From the IMG/VR virus record IMGVR_UViG_2706795030_000004, positions 12,955-76,954 of that record: 64,000 nucleotides of DNA; one strand, written 5' to 3'. The position numbers were made by a program, and so were the translations under genes. Below are positions 38,862 to 49,525 of the stretch, in pieces. How positions within the stretch are numbered: position 1 is the first letter of the stretch; every line of letters begins with the position of its first letter. The notes beneath the pieces are model-generated. The model was not told where the DNA came from, did not search any database, and was given only the letters and a program-made list of their open reading frames with translations. The DNA comes from a virus. Its lineage: Duplodnaviria; Caudoviricetes.

Positions 38862-40832
38862 ATGTTGCTTCAGCATGAGGCACGCAACGTCACGCCCTCG
38901 GGCGTGATGGAGACAGCGCGTGCCACCGTCAAAGCCACGGCGAAGGTCTTCGACATGTTCGCCACCCAGATCTACGCGGACAAATATACGGCGATTGTGC
39001 GCGAGCTCGTCGCCAACGGCATCGACGCCCACACCGCGGCGGGCAAGATCGAGACCCCGGTCACGGTCTGGCTTCCCGACGAGTTCGATCCCTATCTCCG
39101 TGTCACCGATAGCGGGATAGGCATGAGCCACGAGTTCATGATGACGTCGTACATGGCCTACACCGATGGCTCGACCAAGGACCAGTCGAACGACCAAATC
39201 GGGGGCTGGGGGATCGGCTCAAAGGCGCCCTTCTCCTACACCGACCAGTACGTCGTCGTCTCCACGCACGACGGCATCTGCTCGGTCTATTCGGTGTACA
39301 AGGACGAGGACAGCATCCCGGCGATCGCGCTCTTGTCCCAGGAGCCGACCAGCGCCCCCAACGGTGTCGAGGTCAGCTTCCCAGTCGAAGTCAGCGATTT
39401 CGGAGCTTTTCGCGAAGCCGCGGAAAAGGTGCTCCCCTTCTTCACTCCGTTCCCAAAAGTGACCAATTATTCGATAGAACCGGTCAGATATGACCAGTTC
39501 GGCGACGGCTGGGGCATTATCAATAAGACACGCACTTTCCACGTCGTCATGGGCGGCGTGCGCTACCCCGTGGAAGTGACGAAGCTGCCCTACGAGCTCC
39601 GGTCTAACAATCGGCTCAATCCCTTCTTCTATTGCGGTCTCGATCTTTATGTCCCGATCGGATCGGTCAGCATCACGCCGTCGCGCGAGACGCTGCTCTA
39701 CAGCGATCTCACCAACCAGACGATCGCCGACAAGCTTGAAGAGATCATCGACGAGGTCGTCGCCTCGATCCCGACGATGTTCGACAAGGAACCCTCGCTC
39801 TGGGCGGCGACGATCGCCATGCATGAAGAAATCGGCGGCGAATATCATATCGGCCGCGGCAAGCTCGTGACCCAGTACGCGCGCTGGCGCGGCCAGGAGA
39901 TCAAGCAGTATTTGACTCCCCCGGTGATGTCGGGCGTCGAAGCGTGGAAGTTCGAGCTCTCACGTCGCGCTCACAAGGTTCCACCCGCGCGTTGGGAAAG
40001 CCACCTCAGCGTCACGCCGTACCGCATCAAGTACGTCATCTATGACGATCTCGAGCCGAGCTCGAAGAACGCTAACATCGCTCGCATCCGTCATTGGGCC
40101 GAGAGTAACCTCTACAGCGGCCAGGAAGTTCTCGTCCTTCGTGGCGAGAAAGCACTCGAAGCCTATGGCAATCCGCAGGACGTCATCCTGACTTCGGATC
40201 TGCCGAAGCCCGAGCGGGCCAGATATGCGAGTGCGCAGCGCACTGACGCCCGTGTTTTCCAATACCGCCAAATCACGAAATGGGGCGCTAAGTGGCGGGA
40301 TCACATGGAGGAAATTGTTATGCCTCATGACGGCATTGTCGTTGTGATGGAGAATTTCGGGATCCCTTACTCGCTTCAGGAACAGATCCTGTCGGGCCTC
40401 ATTCCGCTCGATGAGATCTATTTCGTGAACAAGGGCGATGCCAAGGCCGTGAAGCATTTCACGCCCTTCGAGAAAGCTTACAAAACCGCATTTGCTCGAA
40501 AGCTTTCCGAATACCCGACCCTGCCGCAGGCGAAGGCCCTGCTCAACGACGAGCACTTGCGACCCCTCCTGCGATATGTCGATCGGCTCCCGCGGGCGCC
40601 GAAGCCGAACACGCCGCTTGGCAAGATTTTTGCCTTGCACGAGCAATACATCAAACCCGCGAAGGGCGCCCCTGCCGTTCTGCAGGACGCCGTCACTCCC
40701 AAGTTGCCGCCTCGCCTCAATACTGAGCGGCTCGCCAACGCATTCAACACCAAGCAGTGGCGGGCGAAAGCCCTCCTCGAAGCAAATTATCTGAGCGAGC
40801 CGCTGAAGCAGCTCCTCAAGGAGTTCATCTGA
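38862..40832 (+). CDS. rIIA: rIIA-like protein (GHKL ATPase N-domain)
   Basis: AIVRELVANGIDAH, VTDSGIGMS, STKDQSNDQIGGWGIGSKAPFSYT; adjacent rIIB. Confidence 0.88.
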   Translation: MLLQHEARNVTPSGVMETARATVKATAKVFDMFATQIYADKYTAIVRELVANGIDAHTAAGKIETPVTVWLPDEFDPYLRVTDSGIGMSHEFMMTSYMAYTDGSTKDQSNDQIGGWGIGSKAPFSYTDQYVVVSTHDGICSVYSVYKDEDSIPAIALLSQEPTSAPNGVEVSFPVEVSDFGAFREAAEKVLPFFTPFPKVTNYSIEPVRYDQFGDGWGIINKTRTFHVVMGGVRYPVEVTKLPYELRSNNRLNPFFYCGLDLYVPIGSVSITPSRETLLYSDLTNQTIADKLEEIIDEVVASIPTMFDKEPSLWAATIAMHEEIGGEYHIGRGKLVTQYARWRGQEIKQYLTPPVMSGVEAWKFELSRRAHKVPPARWESHLSVTPYRIKYVIYDDLEPSSKNANIARIRHWAESNLYSGQEVLVLRGEKALEAYGNPQDVILTSDLPKPERARYASAQRTDARVFQYRQITKWGAKWRDHMEEIVMPHDGIVVVMENFGIPYSLQEQILSGLIPLDEIYFVNKGDAKAVKHFTPFEKAYKTAFARKLSEYPTLPQAKALLNDEHLRPLLRYVDRLPRAPKPNTPLGKIFALHEQYIKPAKGAPAVLQDAVTPKLPPRLNTERLANAFNTKQWRAKALLEANYLSEPLKQLLKEFI

Positions 40833-41929
40833 TGATCCCCTATATCATGACCGACCAGAGCATCACCCTGATGCTCGGGTCCAAACCCGTTGTCGTTCCT
40901 TCGTCGCACGCCCAGTTCGAGAAGGTCCGCGAGGCCCTTCGCGATGGCGTTGACGATGTCGAATTCTATCGAGGTCTCGTCGATATCAAGGAAGCCGTGG
41001 TCCGGTACATGCAGGGCTATGTCCGCATTGAGGATGGCGTCCTGACATATCAGGATCGCCCGGTCGACACCTACCTCACCCGCAAGATCCTCGCTTTCCT
41101 GAAGAGTGGCGAGGACGGTCTTGTTGCCCCGCTCGTCGCCTTTCTGGAGCGTTTGCAGGGTAATCCATCTTATCGGGCTCAGCAGCAGCTTTACCAGTGG
41201 ATCGAGAAGGCCAATCTGCCGATCACCCCTGATGGCTTTATCCTCGCCTTCAAGCGAGTGAAGAAAGACTATTGGGATCACAGGACCGGCAGCACCTTTT
41301 TTCACAAGGTTGGCGCCGTTCTCGAGATGCCGCGGGGCGAGTGCGACGAGGACCCTGACCGCACCTGCTCCTCCGGCATTCACTTCTGCTCGATCGAGTA
41401 TCTGAAGAAAGGCCCTGTCGGCTCCAGCGACGACCCGGTGATGATCGTGAAGATCGACCCCGCTGACGTCACGGCCATCCCGCGTGACTACAACGACACC
41501 AAGGGCCGGTGCTGCCGGATGGAAATCATCGATGAGACGTCGCCCATCGAGATCGACGAGTATTTCGGCACCACCACCGTCTTCTACGGTACGGAAGAGA
41601 CCAAGACGTTCCGCTACTGGCCGGGCCAGACTTGGGAGACGGGCGACGGCACCGAGGTTCAGCTCCTCCCAGGCACAACCGAGGACAAGGCGGTCTATCA
41701 GATCGGTGGCAACCTCGTGACGGCGGGTGCAGACGGCGTTTGCGACGCCTACGAGGACGACTGGGATCTCGTCGAGTGCCTCGACTGGATCGACCCCTAT
41801 GAGATCGCCGACGCCCATCCCCACGAACCGACGACGCCGCTGGGCTGGGTCCTTGTTGGCCCTGACAAGCGCGGCTTCTTCCTGAGCACTGGCGAGCACG
41901 TCCATGGCGAACTCCCGCCGCTCTCGTAA
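40832..41929 (+). CDS. rIIB: rIIB-like protein
   Basis: LQGNPSYRA...LPITPDGFILAFKRV...CSSGIHFC...KIDPADVTAIPRDYNDTKGRCC. Confidence 0.88.
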   Translation: MIPYIMTDQSITLMLGSKPVVVPSSHAQFEKVREALRDGVDDVEFYRGLVDIKEAVVRYMQGYVRIEDGVLTYQDRPVDTYLTRKILAFLKSGEDGLVAPLVAFLERLQGNPSYRAQQQLYQWIEKANLPITPDGFILAFKRVKKDYWDHRTGSTFFHKVGAVLEMPRGECDEDPDRTCSSGIHFCSIEYLKKGPVGSSDDPVMIVKIDPADVTAIPRDYNDTKGRCCRMEIIDETSPIEIDEYFGTTTVFYGTEETKTFRYWPGQTWETGDGTEVQLLPGTTEDKAVYQIGGNLVTAGADGVCDAYEDDWDLVECLDWIDPYEIADAHPHEPTTPLGWVLVGPDKRGFFLSTGEHVHGELPPLS

Positions 41930-44900
41930 GCGCATCCTCCATGTCGCGCAGTGTGCCATCGCCTCCAACCGGAAACACGGCACCAACGAGCCCCCGATAA
42001 TCCTCCGGGATTATCGGGGCTCCGAGCGAGCCCACGAAGTCGATCTCGTCGTCGATGGCGAGGTCGTTGGCCGGTTCGTTTACCGACCGCACGAGCCGCT
42101 GAAATGCGGAGCACGCTTATGGATGGAAACGTCCAGTGATCGATTGGAGCTACGGCCCCATGTCCAATAAGTTCAATCGACCCCAACGCATCGTCGCCAA
42201 CATCTATGCCGACGGCGAATTCGATCACGTCCAGCCCGACGAAATCCACGACGTCGGCGACACCCTGTTCACCTTCCTGATGATCGAGCTCTCGGAGGAC
42301 GAGGGCTGTGACGACGCTGAAGAAGCGGCGCGCCGCGTGCGCGTTGCGATCAACGAGCTCGTCGCTGTTGAGGAGGCCCTCCTGTGACCGGCGTTTATCT
42401 ACACCTCTTCCACGGCCGCAACGCGCCTGACGAACAGCTCGACGACTGGGGGTTCGATGGGCCGACAATCGGTCCTCTCGACTATGTTCACGTCACCTAC
42501 ATGTGCGACATCAAGATCGCAGCGCATCTCGACGTCATTGAGGAGTTCTTTCCCGAGAAGTTCGCCGAGATGAAATCGTGGGCAGGCGGCCGTGAGCTGA
42601 GCGATATCCACCCCACCGACCACCACCTGCCCGTCGTCGACGGTCTCGTCGAGCACGATGGCAAATTCTACGGGGATTTTTCGGTCTTCGTGAAGGAGGA
42701 AGCATGAAGCTTTTCCGCGTCGAATGCCAAGTCGCCGCCACTGCCTATGTGAAGGCGAACACCCCTGAAGAAGCCCGGGCCGCGGTTGTCGCCGAGGGCG
42801 AGATCGACACCGATTACGACGTGAGCGGTCTCCCCTTCGACCACGAGGATCTGCCGGACTTTTCGGTGTCACCTGCCATGACGATCGTCTCCGTCGACGA
42901 CGACGTCGAGGAGGTCGAAGATGTCGACTGACAGCGCGACCTGGGTCTGCTTCACGAACGGCGAGATGGCTCTTCTCAAGGACTATCTCGAAGCCGGACG
43001 TCCCCTCACCGAGGACGAGACGTCGCTGCTGCTTAACCGCATCGACACTTATCTTAGCCCCGACGCCAAGGACCCGGCCTACCGGGCCGTCGCGGCCGAG
43101 CTCGATTTCGTCCGTGAAGGCGAGTGCGAGATCGATGACCACGCCGTGGTCTCGGTTAGCGACGACGGCGCCTATGTCATGGCGTGGGTTTGGGTGCCCA
43201 ATGATCCCGAAGCGTGACCGCTGGAAGCACGACCGCCTACGCAAATACCACCGCAAGAAACTCAAACGGAGCGATCCGCTTGCCCTGAAATATTGGCGCT
43301 ACTGGCACCTGTGTTTCGGTGGGCACGCGATGCTTTGGGCAGGAGTTGAAGAATGAAAATCACCCTCGATCGCAAGGCGCTTCGCGCGCTTGTCGATGAT
43401 GACCCCGAATTCGAACTGGAACTGAAATCTGCTTTGCTCTCCGAGCTCGGCCGGCGGTTCTATGAGAAAGACGCACGCCGCCTACTTGAAGTGGCACAGC
43501 CGGAACTTCTTTCGGCGGTTATGCGCGCTGTTCAGGAAGACAGCGATATCCAAGGAAAGATTGAGCACGCGCTGCAGGCCAGGCTCGTTCGCCGCAGCAG
43601 CGACTGGTATTCCCGCTTCCAGCCTTCTCCCGAAGTCAAGGCTGAGATCCAGAAGCTGGTCGATGCTCATAAGAGCGCCGTCATCGACGACGCTGTCGCC
43701 CAGATCTCGAAAGCCTACTCCGACGCGATCGCGAAGGCAGTCGCTGATGTAGACGTCGAAAGCCGGATCGAAAAGCGCGTCAATCGTCTCACCGACGAGG
43801 AGATCAACCGCCGGGCAAAGGAAATGTTCGACGCCAAGATGGCGGAGATGAAGGCGTTGCTGCCGTGATCTTCTACCGAACCAAAGACGAGAACGGCCGG
43901 ATGATCATCGCCGGCACGCAGGCTGACGCTCGCGCTGTAAACAAGCAGTTCGAGCAGTTCGACATCCCGACCGATAAGGCCGGGCTGCTGGCGATCGCCC
44001 AAAGCTGGTGCGACGAGGTGTTCGAGCTGAACAAGCTGATGGACGAAATGCGCGCCGATCTCGAGGGGCGTGTTCCCGAACGGGAAGAAACTAGCACTGA
44101 ACAGCCCCCGACCCCTTCAAATGTTCCCGAACGGGAAGAATTCGTGACCGAGGTCAGACGCCAGATCTCGGTCGAAGAAGAAATCCAGAGCTGCGACCTG
44201 CCGCGGCTCGCTGTCCTCGCCCAGAATGTGGCGTGGCGCTTTGAGGAGCTGGCACGATGCCCGTCTTCACCATCCGTTACGACTTGACTGAACGCACAGT
44301 TCAGGAGGTCGACATAGAAGCCGACACCCTCGATGAGGCCAAGCGCATCGTCGAGGAATACGAGTTCGACAACAGCGATCAGCGCGAAGTCACGTCCTAC
44401 GAGTGGTCTCTCGATAATGTCCGCACCAAGGAGGATGACGACGCTCTCGCTGCGAAGTGGGCGGAGCGCGCGGCAGGCACATGGCATCCCGGTGATGAAG
44501 TTTAGTAGCGACTTCGCCCTCCTCGACGTCACCAAAGGCCGGCACAAGCTGGCAACCCACCTCAAGAAGCACGGCCCCGTCAAAGTCTTGATCGAGGCCG
44601 AGATCGAATACCCCTTCGGACACGACGACGGCACGTCGATCGAGTTCGTCTGCAAGGTGAACCGCCTTGAATTACCAAGTGACCATTGACCTTCGTGTCG
44701 ATGACAAGAAATCCCTCTACTACGCCGCTCGTCAGAGCTATATGGATGAACAGGGCGTTCACCCCGGGGATATCTTCGGGGACGAGAATGACGTCGACGT
44801 TACCGCGTGCCTCGTGCAGCTGCTCGACCCGTCGGTACTCCCTGGCGTGACGATCTACGAGTCGTCGGCGGAGCCCTACTGATGGGCGCCAACACATTTT

Positions 44901-45247
44901 ACGTCACTGCCCGCCGCGGCACCTATTCCACCGGTGAACTCATCGAGTTCGCGCCTAACCAGTATCGTTCAGGATATGCGGATTGGCCGGACGCCAAGAC
45001 GGCATTCGAACGGCTCTGCGACGAAGACCGCTACGAGAACGGCCACAGCTACTCGGGTGGCATCGGCATGAAGCACAGCTTCGTGCTGATCGACACTGTC
45101 GACACTATCGCGGAAGCCCGTGATCTCGCCGAGAGGCTGATCGACGACTGCGATCCTCGGGTGGACGATAAACGGGGGCCGGCAGGGCTCATCGAGGTCC
45201 GCGAGGGCGACGTCCAGTACCTCTTCTTCGGCTGGGCCTCCAGCTGA
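41904..45247 (+). other. Array of about 12 small hypothetical ORFs (41904-42170, 42160-42387, 42384-42707, 42704-42931, 42921-43217, 43353-43868, 43865-44287, 44257-44505, 44495-44689, 44667-44882, 44882-45247)
   Basis: Tightly coupled acidic ORFs typical of early phage regions. Confidence 0.6.
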
Positions 45248-45265
45248 TCAGCTAGGAAATTTCCT

Positions 45266-46072
45266 ATGACACTGCTGAATGACCTCCGCGCCCGCGCGGG
45301 GGTCCGCTCCTTGCTGTCTGACGAAGGCAGCAACCCCAAAGTCGCGAAGAACGAAAAACTGGGCGTTAGCACCGCCGTTCTGCACCTCGCCCCCGGTAAT
45401 ATGTCGGGGCGAGAGGTGTGTCCGAAGCGCTCGGCTGGCTGTACGGCGGCGTGTCTGCACTTCGCTGGATCTCCGGCCTATATGACGGCTAAAACCCAGG
45501 CTCGACTGAAGCGTACGCGGCTGTTTTTTGACGACCGTAACCTCTTCATGAACATTCTCGTTCTCGAGATTGCCGACCACGTGCGCCGAGCCGATAGGAA
45601 AAATCTTATCGCGGCAGTTCGCCTCAACGGAACCAGCGATATCGTGTGGGAACGCAAGAAATTCGTGCTTTTCCCCGATGTTAAGAAGGAACTCGCTAGG
45701 AAATTTCCTACTGCCAATTTGGAACAAAACGAGATCACTAGGATATTTCCTACAGTCCAGTTTTATGATTACACTGCGATCCCCGGCCGCGACTCGCCGG
45801 AAAACTACCACCTCACGTTTTCCATGAAGGAGGACAATATGTTGGACGTGATCGCAGAAATGAAACGCGGCCGAAATGTCGCCGTAGTGTTCCCTGTCGG
45901 GGAGGTGCCTAGCACTTTTCTTGGCCTCCCCGTGATCGACGGAGACGAGACGGATTATCGTCCCGCAGATCCAAGCCCCTGTGTTGTTGGCCTGAAGGTT
46001 AAAGGGTTACGAGGCAAGGCCGATGACACGGGATTTGTGCACAAGTCGCACAGCGACTTGTTGGCTGCGTAG
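45266..46072 (+). CDS. Gp88-like Cys-motif protein (radical-SAM-like fold suspected)
   Basis: VCPKRSAGCTAACL, VRLNGTSDI, QFYDYT, NYHLTFS, DGDETDYRPAD. Confidence 0.6.
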   Translation: MTLLNDLRARAGVRSLLSDEGSNPKVAKNEKLGVSTAVLHLAPGNMSGREVCPKRSAGCTAACLHFAGSPAYMTAKTQARLKRTRLFFDDRNLFMNILVLEIADHVRRADRKNLIAAVRLNGTSDIVWERKKFVLFPDVKKELARKFPTANLEQNEITRIFPTVQFYDYTAIPGRDSPENYHLTFSMKEDNMLDVIAEMKRGRNVAVVFPVGEVPSTFLGLPVIDGDETDYRPADPSPCVVGLKVKGLRGKADDTGFVHKSHSDLLAA

Positions 46073-46342
46073 CCTGCACCGAATTGTTTTTGTGGTAGCC
46101 CTTCGGGTCGGCTATGCCCTCCCCTTCACCAACCCGAAGGGCTGAGAAATTGTCAATGAAACCTATTTCTGAAGGTGTGTTTTTTGATGTTCTGAGCGCC
46201 CTATTTGAGGAATGGCTCAAGACCGAGACCATCGCCCAAATTCGGGAAGATGAGGACAAGGTCCAGCTAATGCTCAAGGTGAGAGACGCCATCACAGAGC
46301 CTCCCCGACACATCGCGGAATTTTACTCGGGAGTATTCCTAC

Positions 46343-46807
46343 GTGACCACTGGGACAGTCACAGCTCTGGAGCGACGCCGGGCTCTTTTGAATGAGCGAG
46401 AAGAACAAATTCTCGCTCTCTTAAAGGAAAAAGCGTCCTTCAAGGCCATTAGTAGACTGGTCGGCATGCCGCTCGATCATTGCAAGGTCACCTGCTACGA
46501 AATCATCAAGAAGTATGACCTCGACTACAATTCCGCCGAGGCTGCGAAGATGGACCGGGACAAGTTGCCCGTCGGCATCACGTCCGATAGCAACTTGGTC
46601 CGTCATCGCCTTGCTGATCTCATGTACGAAGCGAGGGAGCGTGATCATGCCTTGACGATCAGCATGGCCATCGGTCTGTCATCCAAGCAGCAACGCCTTG
46701 CGTCTGAGCGGCCGTATCGCCACAATTGGACGCTGGGCGAACTCGAGCGCTTTGCTCGGTATCTCAACGTGCCGTTTGCAGATTTCTGTCGAAAGATATT
46801 CTCTTGA
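46343..46807 (+). CDS. Putative transcriptional regulator with two HTH-like regions
   Basis: EREEQILALLKEKASFKAISRLVGM (LuxR-like); WTLGELERFARYLNVPF (XRE-like end). Confidence 0.5.
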   Translation: MTTGTVTALERRRALLNEREEQILALLKEKASFKAISRLVGMPLDHCKVTCYEIIKKYDLDYNSAEAAKMDRDKLPVGITSDSNLVRHRLADLMYEARERDHALTISMAIGLSSKQQRLASERPYRHNWTLGELERFARYLNVPFADFCRKIFS

Positions 46808-47334
46808 CGAAAGAATATTTTACAATCGTCTCCAGACTAAACCGGGCTGGCCCGGGAAACCCCCTTGTCGAACGCGTAGCCCGCGACCAGCTTCGAGAGC
46901 TGGCCGCCCGCACCAACTCTACGGCGCTGCGAAACCGCATTTCGGCGGTGCTGTCACAACCTCATCAAGTCGCTGTGTGACTTCTGTTTCAACTGAGGCA
47001 ATCGCTTCGGGTAGGTATTAGACGGGTGATCCCCTTTTCATCAGGAGATCATCATGTCCGACCGAGAGTCGATAGCCTATTGGCTTGAACGGCTCGCCGA
47101 CAAGCACGAGGCTCGCGGCGAAACTGACCTCGAAAACCGACACTACCACCGCGGCACCGCGATCATTTATCGCGCCCGCGCCAACGACATTCGTGCAGAG
47201 ATCGATGTCGCGAATTAGCGCCGAGGAGCGCGGTGCAATTCTGAAAGCGCTGGAATGGGCCACCCCTGAGGTGGCCGCCCAGTGCTTCGGCAGATCGATT
47301 CTGACGATCAGGCGCCTGGAAAGGGCGAACCACA

Positions 47335-47676
47335 ATGATAGATCCAATCAAGGTGAAGGAAGCGCAGAAGCGCGACCGTGCTGAACTCGCTTACGCCTCA
47401 CGTCGCGTAAAGGCCGCCGACGCGCTGCTCTGGTTCAATGAGTATGCTTCTCCAGAAAAGCATATCGACGCCGTGCTCCGCGGCGGGCCGACGCTCGTTG
47501 CAAGCAGCACGCCAAACGCCGCGCTGGCTCTCTGGTACATCTCGCAGGCCGCACAGCGGGCTCTGCCGGGCATTCTTGAGGATGCGATCGAAATGGCCAA
47601 ACGCGATTTTGACGACTCCCCGCGACGTGCGGCTCTCCGCGAGATGGTGAAGTTGGACGAGGAGCTAGGGCTGTGA
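47335..47676 (+). CDS. Hypothetical protein (113 aa)
   Basis: Coupled to downstream NTase. Confidence 0.55.
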   Translation: MIDPIKVKEAQKRDRAELAYASRRVKAADALLWFNEYASPEKHIDAVLRGGPTLVASSTPNAALALWYISQAAQRALPGILEDAIEMAKRDFDDSPRRAALREMVKLDEELGL

Positions 47677-48206
47677 TCGAGTTCGCCTGTTCCACGCCAA
47701 CCATCGACATCCCCCCGCAGCCAAACGGTCCCGCACTCTGGGACGCCATCCTGGCTGAAATGCCTGCCGGAGCGATTGTCGCTGGCGGTGCGGTTCGCGA
47801 CTACCTGCTCGGAGTGAACCCGAAGGACATCGACGTGTTCGTCAATGTCGACCGCTTCACGAATCCGGCTGGGTTCGAAGCGCTCGGCTCCGACAAGGAT
47901 GCCGAATATGACGCCATGAACGAGATCGCGCTTGTCACGCGCGGGGTCATCGCCGGCTACCAAGTCGATCTGATAGGCGTCACGTTCGCCGACACCCACG
48001 ATATGGTCGAACGCTTCGACTTCGGTGTCGCCCGTTGCTGGTATGACGGCGAAATCCACGACACGCCGGAGGCTGCTGCTGATCGCGCGAACAAGACCGT
48101 GACCCTTTTCCTCGACGACCGGCTCGAACGAAGCCGCGCCCGCTTCGCGCGCTTTAATGAGCGCATGGGGGGCGACTGGAGATTGATCGATGACTTTCAA
48201 ATATAG
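47673..48206 (+). CDS. tRNA-nucleotidyltransferase / poly(A) polymerase head-like protein
   Basis: IVAGGAVRDYLLGVNPKDIDVFV; RFDFG. Confidence 0.8.
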   Translation: MIEFACSTPTIDIPPQPNGPALWDAILAEMPAGAIVAGGAVRDYLLGVNPKDIDVFVNVDRFTNPAGFEALGSDKDAEYDAMNEIALVTRGVIAGYQVDLIGVTFADTHDMVERFDFGVARCWYDGEIHDTPEAAADRANKTVTLFLDDRLERSRARFARFNERMGGDWRLIDDFQI

Positions 48207-48903
48207 CCTGGTCTCCGACCTGCACCTCGACCACCCCCAACCCAAGACCCCACCGCTCGAGCAGAACGTGATCGTGGCCGGCGACTGCGGCAACGGCCTC
48301 GTCGGCCTCAAATATCTGAACAAGCTGAAGCGCAAGGGTCACTTCGTTTTCGCGGTCGACGGCAACCACGAGCACTACGCCAATGTGGCGCAGGGGCGGT
48401 CTGTCGAGGAGACTGAGAAGGGTTTTTACGAAGGCCTGGACCAGAGAACCAGCATCGACCTTGCTCTCGGGAGCCTCTGTCTGATTGGCGCGAACGGTTG
48501 GTATTGTGTCACGGACGAGCCCTATTGGCGCAGCTACATGAACGACAGCCGGTTCATCGGCATTAACGCCGAGCAGGCAAACGCGCTTGCGCTGCGGGAC
48601 GCCAAATTCATTGACCGGGCACTGACCGTTGTCAAACGGGCTATCGTCGTCACCCACACCGCCCCGACGACGGCGTCGCTCGATCCGCGCTTCAAGGGCC
48701 ACTTCTCGAACGAGTGGTATTGGAACCCGCACATGAGGCCTCTGCTGGCAAAGCACCGGGACAAGATAGCGGTCTGGCACCACGGCCACACTCACGCTCC
48801 GGTCGATGTCGTCGTCGACGGTGTCCGCATCGTGACGAACCCGCGTGGCTATCCGGGCGAGAACCCCGGCTGGACGCCGTTGACGATGGAGATCGAGACG
48901 TGA
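48190..48903 (+). CDS. Calcineurin-like metallophosphoesterase
   Basis: SDLHL, AGDC, GNHEHY, THTAP, HGHTH. Confidence 0.85.
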   Translation: MTFKYSLVSDLHLDHPQPKTPPLEQNVIVAGDCGNGLVGLKYLNKLKRKGHFVFAVDGNHEHYANVAQGRSVEETEKGFYEGLDQRTSIDLALGSLCLIGANGWYCVTDEPYWRSYMNDSRFIGINAEQANALALRDAKFIDRALTVVKRAIVVTHTAPTTASLDPRFKGHFSNEWYWNPHMRPLLAKHRDKIAVWHHGHTHAPVDVVVDGVRIVTNPRGYPGENPGWTPLTMEIET

Positions 48904-49525
48904 TGAACGATGAGCCCGAACGCATCGACCTGTCTTCCCCCGAAGACGTCCTGATCGAGGTCATTGCCGATGAAAGCCCCTACGAACGTCGGGACTGGAA
49001 AGGCTTCAAGATCGATACCTGCACGGTTATCGGCGGCAAGGACGGCGTTACCGGCGCAGCAAGCTACGAGCAGTCCTACGGCGGTTTCCTCGACTATGTG
49101 CTGGAAGACATCGTCGACTGTCCCAAGCAGGAGGGCTGGTTTGTCGTCGAGGGCGTTACGGCTGAATTCTACAAAGGCGACGGATGGGCGACCGACGATA
49201 ACATTGATTTTGAGTGTGTTGGCATTCGCCCTGCGACGGACGAGGAAAGGGCAATGGCATGATCCCTGTCAAATACGACCCCTCCTATCCGCACTTCGGG
49301 CTCGCCGCAGGTCCGGTCAAGCACCCACAGCACCCTAATCAGCAGGCGGGGCTGGACCTCTACGTGACCGTCATCAATTTTGCGACAGGCCAGTCCTGCT
49401 TCAAAAAGCTCTACGAAAATAGACGTGGAATGTATTTCAAGCACATAGGATACAGTCCGACCTACCTTGCGGACATGACAGCCGACGCGACCGTTCACCC
49501 CTTCCGGGTGGAGTTTGCGTCGTGA
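48903..49525 (+). other. Hypothetical ORFs 48903-49262 and 49259-49525
   Basis: Coupled ORFs. Confidence 0.55.
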
